NCBI GenBank assembly: GCA_017610385.1
Contig: JAFCCC010000007.1
Coordinates: 1-33,751 of the forward strand
Source of the DNA: Candidatus Nanohalarchaeota archaeon
Lineage (GTDB): Archaea > Nanohalarchaeota > Nanosalinia > Nanosalinales > JAFCCC01
DNA: 33,751 nucleotides
Reading direction: 5' to 3'
Shown: positions 9,331-17,523 of the stretch, piece by piece
Position numbering within the stretch: position 1 is the stretch's first letter
How the letters are laid out: each line of letters starts with the position of its first letter
Made by a program: the position numbers and the translations under genes
The notes under the pieces: generated by a model
Seen by the model: the letters and a program-made list of their open reading frames with translations, nothing else
What the model was told of the DNA's origin: nothing
Databases searched by the model: none

Positions 9331-10075
9331 ATAGAATTTCATAAGTAATTGAAACTGTAGCTCGAAGTTCTACATCTGCGGGCTGAATTGAAGTTGATTC
9401 CATTGCTCCGAAGGTATCTTTTGTATAACCCAAGTAACGATTAATCGATCCGTAATAAAAGTTACTTTCAGAAATACTTCTGGGTTTTCCTAAAGATAGT
9501 CCTAAAGAATCAGCTAAGCTATTTGCTTTTTCCTTTGCTTTAACTGCCGCACTGTCTAAAACCTGAGCTTTAACTTCTGCTTCTTTATCCTTTGAAAGAG
9601 TGTAAGTTACGCTCTGAATTACATTTGCTTCAGCACCAACAGAATCATCTATAATCACCCCAACATCATCTAGGTTTTTTGTGGTGATTTTTAAGATGTG
9701 TGTTGTTTCAAAGCCAAGACTTGTTCTCTTTTCTTTTGAATAATCATATTTTTCGTAGATATTGAAAGAATATGTTTCTATATCTCCTGAAAGAACTCCT
9801 AATCTCTTAATTACACGAATTATGTTATTAGAAATTTGTGAATTCTGTTCTAGACTTTCCTTGGAGGTATCTGCAAGAACTTTGACTCCTAAGAATATTT
9901 CCGCTTGGTCTGGCTCTACAGAGTTTTCTACAGTTCCACTTACTTGAATTGTTCTAGGATCTTGTGTATTTACCTGGAATTTTGAGCTAGATACGGTAAC
10001 TAATCCAGCAGCCAAAATAATAGCAACAACTACAAGTCCGAATTGAAGTGCGTTTTTTGTTTCCATATTTTTCAC
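9329..10075 (-). CDS. SIMPL (DUF541) domain protein
   Basis: N-terminal TM, RTIQVSG......PD.A.I.LGV, A...AK.KA..LA..LG..LG...SISE. Confidence 0.9.
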   Translation of the reverse strand: MKNMETKNALQFGLVVVAIILAAGLVTVSSSKFQVNTQDPRTIQVSGTVENSVEPDQAEIFLGVKVLADTSKESLEQNSQISNNIIRVIKRLGVLSGDIETYSFNIYEKYDYSKEKRTSLGFETTHILKITTKNLDDVGVIIDDSVGAEANVIQSVTYTLSKDKEAEVKAQVLDSAAVKAKEKANSLADSLGLSLGKPRSISESNFYYGSINRYLGYTKDTFGAMESTSIQPADVELRATVSITYEIL

Positions 10076-10078
10076 CTT

Positions 10079-10618
10079 TTATTTTTTTCTTTTCCAGTAA
10101 GAGTATGATAAAAGTCCGATCGTAACTAAAATTAATCCAATATACAAAAATGGAACACAATTCGAGGTTAATTGTGTAGACTTTGTTCCTCCTTGCACCA
10201 TCGCATCTCCAACAACATTCATGGATTTTATTAACATTTCTGGTTGATTAAAAGTAATTCTTGGAATATTTCCATTAATAAATTCATTTAAAAAAAGAGT
10301 TACAAACGCCCCAATTCCCAAAACAAACGAAATAATTGTTGTACTTAAAATCAACGTTACTGTGGTTTGTGGAATGACTAATCTTTTTCCCTGTTGCGTC
10401 AAAGAATAAATAACTCTTTTTCTTCCTTCTATGGCTTCTCGCTTAACTAAACCCGAATTTTGCAAAACTTTTAAATGTTCGACAATAGTAGATTTATGTT
10501 TTCCTAATATTTGTGATAAATATGTTGGGGTTGTGCCTCTGCGGCCTAATTCTTTTAATATTTCTGCTCTAGTTTCAGAGGACAATGCTTCAAACACATC
10601 TCGATTAATTTCCGTCAT
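10079..10618 (-). CDS. ArsR-type wHTH regulator with C-terminal TM helices
   Basis: FEALSSETR.EILK.L, LS..LG..KSTI.EHL..L..SGLV, YSLT..G, then two hydrophobic helices. Confidence 0.85.
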   Translation of the reverse strand: MTEINRDVFEALSSETRAEILKELGRRGTTPTYLSQILGKHKSTIVEHLKVLQNSGLVKREAIEGRKRVIYSLTQQGKRLVIPQTTVTLILSTTIISFVLGIGAFVTLFLNEFINGNIPRITFNQPEMLIKSMNVVGDAMVQGGTKSTQLTSNCVPFLYIGLILVTIGLLSYSYWKRKK

Positions 10619-10742
10619 AATTCTCTATAAATAAAGAATGTTTGGCCATTTATAAATGGTTTGCAGATTGTTTGGTCAGAAGCAAACAAGTGTTTTATTT
10701 AAAATCAAAGATTGGTTGGTTATACCCAAAAAATAGAAAAAT

Positions 10743-10764
10743 AAGGGGGATTTGGGTCCCTCTT
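10743..10764 (-). terminator. Stem-loop plus T-tract after the NYN gene
   Basis: AAGGGGGA-N6-TCCCTCTT next to the stop codon, followed by T-rich sequence on the minus strand. Confidence 0.5.
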
Positions 10765-11260
10765 AAATTAAATATTGGCTGGAATTATGGTCTAAATCTA
10801 AGAAATGATCAGCAGATTCTTTACTTTCTTTGGATGCTGATTTTCCAAAAGCCATAACTTCTACTCTAACTCCTTTTGACTTTAAATCATTTATAAGTGC
10901 TTGAAAATCTCCATCACCTGAAACTACAATAACTACATCCACTTTTGATGATATATTCAATGCATCAATTGCAAGACCCATATCCCAATCTCCTTTTTTT
11001 GCTCCACCATAAAATGTTTTTAGTTCTTTTATTTTAACTTCATATCCGATTTTATCTAAAGCATCAAAGAAAGATTGTTCTTCGGGGATATCCGCTCTAA
11101 TAACATACGCTAAAGCCCTAATAAGTCTTCTGCCTTGTAAACCTTTAGTCAAAATATTTTTGAAATTGACTTTCTTTCCGTAGAGATTCTTCGCTGAATA
11201 ATACATATTTTGTACATCAACAAAAACCGCCACTTTTTGCTCGTTGTGTATTCCACTCAT
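10763..11260 (-). CDS. NYN domain protein (LabA/DUF88)
   Basis: VAVFVDVQN, KGDWD.GLAID, VSGDGDF; start placed at ATG 11260 behind GGAG. Confidence 0.92.
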   Translation of the reverse strand: MSGIHNEQKVAVFVDVQNMYYSAKNLYGKKVNFKNILTKGLQGRRLIRALAYVIRADIPEEQSFFDALDKIGYEVKIKELKTFYGGAKKGDWDMGLAIDALNISSKVDVVIVVSGDGDFQALINDLKSKGVRVEVMAFGKSASKESKESADHFLDLDHNSSQYLI

Positions 11261-11361
11261 TTTAATCTCCTTTAATATTTGAGCTGATTCAAATAAATCT
11301 TTTAAATATATAAAACTCACACAAACAACAAATTTTTATAACAGGAAACCAAATTATTAAT

Positions 11362-11727
11362 ATGGTTGATCAATTATATCCTGAAATCTCGAAAAAAGAC
11401 TTTGAAAAGATATTAAAAAAAATAGCAATCAACGAACAAAAAGAAGACAGAAAAACACTAGAACAAGAATTAAACTCTCAAGGAGATATTAAAGAGTCCA
11501 CACTAGAAAATAAAGAAACATCACATTTCATAGAAGAAAACAAAGAAAATCTAAATCTACCAAAAGAAACACCAGATAGTGAAGTAGAAAAGAAAGTTAG
11601 CCAAATTGAAAAAAAAGCTGTTTCATTAATAATTGCTCATTTGCGAAAAAAAGGTTATTCTGAGGATTTCGTGAAAAAAAATATTGATTTAATTGAAGAC
11701 GCGGTTTATGATATTTTGTATATGTAA
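11362..11727 (+). CDS. Hypothetical protein
   Basis: 121-aa ORF with host-like composition and a charged linker. Confidence 0.65.
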   Translation: MVDQLYPEISKKDFEKILKKIAINEQKEDRKTLEQELNSQGDIKESTLENKETSHFIEENKENLNLPKETPDSEVEKKVSQIEKKAVSLIIAHLRKKGYSEDFVKKNIDLIEDAVYDILYM

Positions 11728-11780
11728 TTACAAGGATATTTTGCGGACCATACTTATTTTAATATTTTGTAGAGATTTAA

Positions 11781-11954
11781 TCACTTTTTAATTTTTGAAT
11801 AAGAAACATGACCACAGTTTCTACAAACTTTTTTAACAAAGTCCACATTTTCAAAATATTTTAACGAATCTTTTATTCTACGTTCTTTTTCAGAATCCAT
11901 CGGTTCTAATCTAACTTTTGAACCACACAACACACAATACATTTTAAACCTCAT
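11781..11954 (-). CDS. Small zinc-ribbon protein missing from the ORF track (start 11954 or 11942)
   Basis: Manual translation (MRFK)MYCVLCGSKVRLEPMDSEKERRIKDSLKYFENVDFVKKVCRNCGHVSYSKIKK*; two CxxC; ATGA overlap with the upstream stop. Confidence 0.7.
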   Translation of the reverse strand: MRFKMYCVLCGSKVRLEPMDSEKERRIKDSLKYFENVDFVKKVCRNCGHVSYSKIKK

Positions 11955-12337
11955 GGAAGATAATTGTATTTTGGTTCCAATGGAACTTTCTTGGGTTTTT
12001 CAACTTCCTCTTTTTCACTATGGTGTTTTTCAGTTATATGTTTGTCTAATACTTCTCTTGATTCAAACTTATCCTCGCAATATGGACAAATGTAAACTTC
12101 TATTGGTTTTTGTTCTTCTGTGGTTTTCTTTTCTGGATTAGAAGTTGCTTTAGTCATGACAGAGAAAATAAATGCAATTATGCCTAAACCACATAAAACA
12201 TAGCCTGCAGCATCTAACATAGTTCCCAATCCCTGAGCACTGAAAAAAGATAAAGTCCTTTTTAGCATTTTATTTGCTAAAATAAGAAAAAGTCCGATTA
12301 GTGCGGTACCCAAAGAGATTGCAATTGGTCCTTCCAT
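11951..12337 (-). CDS. Two-TM membrane protein with C2H2-type zinc finger
   Basis: Two TM helices, YICPYCEDKFESREVLDKHITEKH; ATG 12337 preferred over TTG 12385. Confidence 0.75.
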   Translation of the reverse strand: MEGPIAISLGTALIGLFLILANKMLKRTLSFFSAQGLGTMLDAAGYVLCGLGIIAFIFSVMTKATSNPEKKTTEEQKPIEVYICPYCEDKFESREVLDKHITEKHHSEKEEVEKPKKVPLEPKYNYLP

Positions 12338-12391
12338 ACTTCCAAATTGAATTTTGTAATTTATCAATTTTTCCTTACAAAACAATATATC

Positions 12392-12401
12392 CTATCGGAA
12401 C
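12392..12401 (+). promoter_or_regulatory. CTATCGGAAC motif, copy 1 (candidate Orc1/regulator site)
   Basis: Exact 10-mer also found at 13438-13447, on the other side of cdc6. Confidence 0.4.
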
Positions 12402-12416
12402 GCTTAATATTCCATT

Positions 12417-13433
12417 ATGTATGATAATTCTATTATTCAAAATGCCGAAGTTCTAAGAGAAAATTTTCTCCCAGAAACGTTATTTCATAGACAAACACAA
12501 ATTAAATCAATTGAACGAAATTTAAGCCCAATTTTAAAAGATCAAGAAGGGAATAATGTGATTATTTTTGGTCCACCAGGAGTTGGAAAAACCAGTAGTT
12601 CTAAATACGTGACTCGAGAACTTGCAAGAAATACAACCAAATTATTTAGAGCCTATGTTAACTGCTGGGTACATTATTCTTCGTTCAAAGCAGTGTATAA
12701 AATTCTAGAGCAAACTTCAAGTATATTAACGATTTCCAGGAAAGGTACAGGAACAGAAGAATTATTAGAAAAATTATCAACAATTTTAAAGAATAAAAAA
12801 GGAGTTATTATTTTAGATGAAGTAGATCAACTAGAAGATGATCGTTTATTATATGATTTATTAGAAATACAAAATTTATCATTGATTTTAATTGCAAACA
12901 AAGACACTTTTCTATATGATTCTGATCCGAGAATTCAAAGCAGATTATTGGGTTGTGATAGAATAAAATATACAAATTATTCTATACAGGAACTTGTATC
13001 TATTCTAAAAGATCGGGCAAAATTTGGGTTAATGCCTGGGACAATTTCAAATGAAATCTTATTAGAAATTGCTAAAAATTCTGGGGGGGATGCTAGAATT
13101 TCTATTTCTATATTGAGAATTGCAGCGCAGGAAGCAGAAGAAAACAATCAAGACAAGATTATAATAAATAATATTAAGAACTCTGTACAAACCGCCACTA
13201 TTGAAAATAAAAGAAAAAGCATTTCTCAATTAAACAAACATCAAAGACTTCTTTATCAAATTATTGAAAAGAATAATAAGATTGGTTCTAAAGAATTATA
13301 TGAAAAATATTATAGTCAAACTAAAGAAACAGTTGTGGATAGAACACTAAGAAAATATCTATCAAAATTAGAACATTATAATTTAATTTCTTGTGAGGGA
13401 AACGGGCGCTGGAGAAAGTACAATTTAAAATAA
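12417..13433 (+). CDS. cdc6: Cdc6/Orc1 family AAA+ ATPase with C-terminal wHTH
   Basis: L...FLP..L.HR, GPPGVGKT, YVNC, IILDEVDQL, RIQSRL, GDAR, wHTH ending G.GR. Confidence 0.93.
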   Translation: MYDNSIIQNAEVLRENFLPETLFHRQTQIKSIERNLSPILKDQEGNNVIIFGPPGVGKTSSSKYVTRELARNTTKLFRAYVNCWVHYSSFKAVYKILEQTSSILTISRKGTGTEELLEKLSTILKNKKGVIILDEVDQLEDDRLLYDLLEIQNLSLILIANKDTFLYDSDPRIQSRLLGCDRIKYTNYSIQELVSILKDRAKFGLMPGTISNEILLEIAKNSGGDARISISILRIAAQEAEENNQDKIIINNIKNSVQTATIENKRKSISQLNKHQRLLYQIIEKNNKIGSKELYEKYYSQTKETVVDRTLRKYLSKLEHYNLISCEGNGRWRKYNLK

Positions 13434-13437
13434 GAAA

Positions 13438-13456
13438 CTATCGGAACATACGGAAC
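13438..13456 (+). promoter_or_regulatory. CTATCGGAAC motif copy 2 plus a tandem CGGAAC
   Basis: ctatcggaac-ata-cggaac upstream of TATA-like TTTTTAAA of the next gene. Confidence 0.4.
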
Positions 13457-13514
13457 AGTGCATTGAGTGGTCTTTTTAAAACAACCTTAGTCAAGTAAAG
13501 TTTAGTGATTAAAA

Positions 13515-13778
13515 ATGAAACATATTATCTCCCCTCAAACACTTGCCAATTTAAAATTACAACAATGGCAAAGTTCAATGAACTTTAATTCCTTAGAAAA
13601 AAGTTCATATACTAAATTGGCCACTAAACTTGGTCGAAATGATTTGTTTAATGATTCAATGAGTAATGATGTGTCTGTTCCTTTGTTACTTTCAATGATT
13701 GTCTCGCTAAAAAATGAAATAGAAGATATGCAAGATGAAATTGAACTTTCACGAATTCATGCTGTCCAGGGGGCCTAA
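13515..13778 (+). CDS. Small helical hypothetical protein
   Basis: 87 aa, GTGA SD-like site, C-terminal PLLLSMIVSLKNEIEDM amphipathic/coiled-coil helix. Confidence 0.7.
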   Translation: MKHIISPQTLANLKLQQWQSSMNFNSLEKSSYTKLATKLGRNDLFNDSMSNDVSVPLLLSMIVSLKNEIEDMQDEIELSRIHAVQGA

Positions 13779-13784
13779 CCCCCT
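13768..13784 (+). terminator. Stem-loop overlapping the stop codon, followed by a pyrimidine tract
   Basis: AGGGGG-CCTAA-CCCCCT then T/C-rich run. Confidence 0.5.
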
Positions 13785-13946
13785 TTCCTACTTCTTTCAC
13801 CTTTCTCATATTTTTTATTTCTACTAGAATCTACTAGACGTTTGGCATAGAACTAAACATTTTGCAAGATTTGAAATAATATTGAGTACTAACTAGTAAT
13901 ATTATTTAAAGATTCTAATCCAGTTGCAATTATGGTTGTGATGTAA

Positions 13947-14609
13947 ATGAATAGGGAAGGCTATTTTATTGGATTTTTTCCGCCAGGAGACATACAAAAA
14001 ATACATAGACGGTGGGTAGAGAGTAATCAGACTCTTCTTATTAGTCAGGGATGGGAACCTTACGAAGATACGATTGTAGAGTGGATGCCAAAGTCTATAA
14101 TTCCAAAAATGGGGCGTTCAAAAGATTTAAAGAAAATAACAACGCATGCAACAGTAATTTATGTTGGAGGAATAGATGAAGAAATGGGGGACTTGTCTAG
14201 AGGATTAAGAAATTTATCAGGTCATTGGCGTTGTTCTGATAAAAGACCTTTACACTTTGAAACAGACGGCATAACTTATCTTCCTGGAGGACAAAACCCA
14301 GCATATCTTGCTCTGGTTCTGCAAGAAATATATGAGAGGGATGGTGAATCTTATTTGGCAGAAATTAGAGCAGATATAGATTCATTAAGAAAAAGTGTAT
14401 GTGTGGATACAAAAAAAGCTATTTCAAGGTATTATGAGCCGCATTTAACTCTTGCACGTGCTGGAGAATTATTAAACGCTAAAAAAGATGCTCCCATATT
14501 TCAATTACCGTTTTCTCAATCATTTGAAATTAATTGGCTTTACCTTGTAAGAAGCACAACAACTCATTCAAAACATAAATATACGGTTTTGGAGGCTTTC
14601 GCAATTTGA
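13947..14609 (+). CDS. Divergent 2H phosphoesterase (LigT-like)
   Basis: YFIG N-terminus, THATVIYVG and PHLTLAR (two HxT), LYLVRS....KY.VL..F ending. Confidence 0.8.
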   Translation: MNREGYFIGFFPPGDIQKIHRRWVESNQTLLISQGWEPYEDTIVEWMPKSIIPKMGRSKDLKKITTHATVIYVGGIDEEMGDLSRGLRNLSGHWRCSDKRPLHFETDGITYLPGGQNPAYLALVLQEIYERDGESYLAEIRADIDSLRKSVCVDTKKAISRYYEPHLTLARAGELLNAKKDAPIFQLPFSQSFEINWLYLVRSTTTHSKHKYTVLEAFAI

Positions 14610-14618
14610 GGTAATAAA

Positions 14619-15272
14619 ATGTCAGAATCTAATTACTTTGTTGCGATACTCTGTCCAGAACCAATAACCAAAGAGCAATCAGAGTTTTTAAGAACATATG
14701 ATAAAAAAATAAGAGACTGTAATTGGATTCCTGTAAAAGACCATTTTGAAGGTCGTTCTGACTCTACGCACCTAACCATCAAATATTTTGGAAGCTTAAC
14801 TCGGGCACACGCTAAATGGTACACAGAAAAAGTTAGGGATCTAATCAAAAATGATGCATTATTCAGAAATAGAATTGGAAGATTATATTTAGGAACTACA
14901 GATATAGGATATCTAGAAGATGATAAGAAACCTACCGCAATGGTTTGGAAAGTGATTGAAGAAGAATATGAAGGTAGAGCTAAAACATTGAGGGAACTTA
15001 TTGACAAAGCTTTTGATGAACTTATTACAGAATCTCAAGAGATCTCAACAGAGGATTTTCCAAAAATAGAAGTCCCAGAACACGTATTTGATTTGGATTT
15101 GCACCTAAGTTTAGGTAGATCTCAAAAAGACAAAACACCTAAAAAAGTTCTGGGTTTAACCGCTCCTGAAGGTGGAATTTGGACTACAGACTCTTTTCAT
15201 TTAGTTGAAAGTAATAGAAAAGAAGACGGTTCTGTAATTTATAGAATTTTTGATACTATTTCTTTAATTTAA
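14619..15272 (+). CDS. Divergent 2H phosphoesterase (LigT-like), second copy
   Basis: YFVAI, THLTIKYFG and LHLSLGR, FHLVES....G..IY.I...I.L ending; GAGGT SD overlapping the upstream stop. Confidence 0.82.
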   Translation: MSESNYFVAILCPEPITKEQSEFLRTYDKKIRDCNWIPVKDHFEGRSDSTHLTIKYFGSLTRAHAKWYTEKVRDLIKNDALFRNRIGRLYLGTTDIGYLEDDKKPTAMVWKVIEEEYEGRAKTLRELIDKAFDELITESQEISTEDFPKIEVPEHVFDLDLHLSLGRSQKDKTPKKVLGLTAPEGGIWTTDSFHLVESNRKEDGSVIYRIFDTISLI

Positions 15273-15303
15273 GATTTAAGTCTTTGTTTGAAAAAGATAA
15301 ATT

Positions 15304-16506
15304 ATGGGGCATTTAAAATTCAAAATTAATTCAGAATACAAACACATGAGAACCGGCGTTTTAGAGGTTCCACATGGAAAAATAGAAACTCCGAATTTTG
15401 TTCCTGTTGCTACAAAAGCCACTGTAAAAGCACTATCTTCTGAAGACATGAAAGAATTAAATTCTCAAATCTTAATGTGTAATAGTTATCATTTATATCT
15501 TAAACCAGGGCTCGATGTAATTAAAAAATTTAACGGTCTTCATAAGTTCATGAACTGGAACGGTCCGATTATGACAGACAGTGCAGGGTTCCAAGTATTT
15601 AGTTTGGGTTTTGGAATGGAACATTTTGCGAATAAAATCGGATCTTATTTTATAGAAGATCAAAAGCAAAGTAAGGCAAAAATTAAAAAAATGGCGAAAG
15701 TAACAAATAAGGGCGTATGGATTGACTCCATTTATACAAAAGAAAAGATTCTTTTTACTCCCGAAAAATCAATGCGGATTCAAGAAGCTTTGGGATCAGA
15801 TATAATGATTGCATTTGATGAATGCACATCTCCGTACGCAAATAAAAAATATGTAAGTGAAAGCTTGGAAAGAACGCACAAATGGGCAAAAAGGAGTTTA
15901 GATGCGCACAAAACAAAACAGGCACTTTTTGGAGTTATTCAAGGAAGTTATTTCAAAGAGCTAAGAATTAAAAGTGCAAAATTTATTTCTAATTCCGATT
16001 TTGATGGTTTTTGTATTGGCGGAAGTTTGGGAAAGTCTAAAGCAGAAATGCACAAAATATTAGAATGGATTACAAAGGAAATTGACCCTGAAAAACCTAG
16101 ACATTTGCTTGGAATTGGGGTCGTAGAAGATTTTTTCAATGGCGTTGAAAGAGGAATTGATTTGTTTGATTGCGTTGGCCCTACAAGAATCGCCCGGGCC
16201 GGTTTAGTTTACGTTTCTCCTGAATGCGGCGGCACTGTAAAAAATAAATTTAGAATAAAAGTAACAAGAACCGAATTTGAAATGGATAAAAAACCAATTG
16301 ATTGCACTTGTAATTGCAAAGTTTGCCAAAACTATTCTCGTGCATATATTCGACATCTATTCAAATCAAAAGAATATTTAGCATATTATTTAACATCTTA
16401 CCACAATTTGCATTTTGTTTTAAACTTAATGGAACAAATTAGGGAAAGTATAAAAACTGGAACATTTTTTGAACTCAAGAAAAAATGGTTATCGAATAAC
16501 ATTTAA
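15304..16506 (+). CDS. tgt: Bacterial-type tRNA-guanine(34) transglycosylase
   Basis: HG.IETP.F.PVAT, N.YHL.L.PG, TDSAGFQVFSL, FDECT, GVIQG, RHLLGIG, DLFDCV.PTR.AR.G, CxCxxC..YSRAYIRHL..HN; no PUA domain. Confidence 0.95.
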   Translation: MGHLKFKINSEYKHMRTGVLEVPHGKIETPNFVPVATKATVKALSSEDMKELNSQILMCNSYHLYLKPGLDVIKKFNGLHKFMNWNGPIMTDSAGFQVFSLGFGMEHFANKIGSYFIEDQKQSKAKIKKMAKVTNKGVWIDSIYTKEKILFTPEKSMRIQEALGSDIMIAFDECTSPYANKKYVSESLERTHKWAKRSLDAHKTKQALFGVIQGSYFKELRIKSAKFISNSDFDGFCIGGSLGKSKAEMHKILEWITKEIDPEKPRHLLGIGVVEDFFNGVERGIDLFDCVGPTRIARAGLVYVSPECGGTVKNKFRIKVTRTEFEMDKKPIDCTCNCKVCQNYSRAYIRHLFKSKEYLAYYLTSYHNLHFVLNLMEQIRESIKTGTFFELKKKWLSNNI

Positions 16507-16536
16507 AATTTACAAATAATATTAGTTTTTAGTGCG

Positions 16537-17523
16537 ATGGAAAAATTCAATAAAAAATTTTCAATTGGTTCTTTACAAGATGGCCAAGAAATAGATGATA
16601 TTTTCGTAGTTAAAATAAAAAAGAAATTTGCGCCATATGGAGAAGGAAAAGGGTTTTATTTCAATTTATTATTAACAGATGCAAGTGGAAAGAGTATTGA
16701 TTACAAATATTGGGGTAGTGCGGAAGAATCCAAAGTTAAAACTCTTTTTGAATCAATTTCAAATGATTCTGTACTTCGAATTCAGGGAAAAGTTCAAAGC
16801 TACAGGAATAAATTAACGATATCAACAAATGAACCAAAAATATGTCAAGTTCTACTTCCAGAACAATTTGATTCAGAGTTATTTATCAAGTCTCCAAAAT
16901 GGAATATAGATAATATGGTTAAAGAACTGTATTCACAAATTAATTCTGTAACTAATTCAGAATTAAAATCGCTCCTAGAGTCTGTTTTTCTTGATGAAAA
17001 AATACTCAACAAATTTAAAATACATCCAGGTGCGATACAAATACACCACAACTGGAAAGGAGGCTTATTACAGCACACGTTAGAGGTTGTAAAAATATGT
17101 GAACTTATGTATACCTTCAATAAAACGTTAGATTTGGATTTAATGATTACTGGCTCTTTACTTCATGATTTAGGAAAATTAGAAGAATTAGAAGTTACAT
17201 CCAGAATAAAGGGAACAAAAGCAGGACAATTACACGGGCATATAATCCAAGGAATTATGTTCTTAACAGAGAGATTAAATAAGTCTAAAATGGACTTAGA
17301 TTTGAAAAATAAACTAATACATATTTTAATTAGTCATCACGGAAAAGAATTTTATGGTTCTCCAAAAACACCAATGATTCCTGAAGCATTTGTAATTTAT
17401 CATGCGGATGAGTTAAGTGCAAAAGTAGCGGAGATTACAGAATTCATTGAAGATTCAAAAAATGATACAGATGATGATTTTATGTATAGTGCAAGAAATA
17501 AACGTAATATATTACTCAGATAA
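16537..17523 (+). CDS. YhaM/Cbf1-like OB-fold + HD domain 3'-5' exonuclease
   Basis: L.D.SG.I....W OB region, P.A...HH...GGLLQHT.EV, LLHDLGK, GHI, ISHHG..F.GSP..P..PEA......D. Confidence 0.92.
   Translation: MEKFNKKFSIGSLQDGQEIDDIFVVKIKKKFAPYGEGKGFYFNLLLTDASGKSIDYKYWGSAEESKVKTLFESISNDSVLRIQGKVQSYRNKLTISTNEPKICQVLLPEQFDSELFIKSPKWNIDNMVKELYSQINSVTNSELKSLLESVFLDEKILNKFKIHPGAIQIHHNWKGGLLQHTLEVVKICELMYTFNKTLDLDLMITGSLLHDLGKLEELEVTSRIKGTKAGQLHGHIIQGIMFLTERLNKSKMDLDLKNKLIHILISHHGKEFYGSPKTPMIPEAFVIYHADELSAKVAEITEFIEDSKNDTDDDFMYSARNKRNILLR

Noticed and set aside
13434-13946. Replication origin next to cdc6
   Set aside because: No full ORB with G-string; only short CGGAAC half-sites and a TCTACTAGA duplication.
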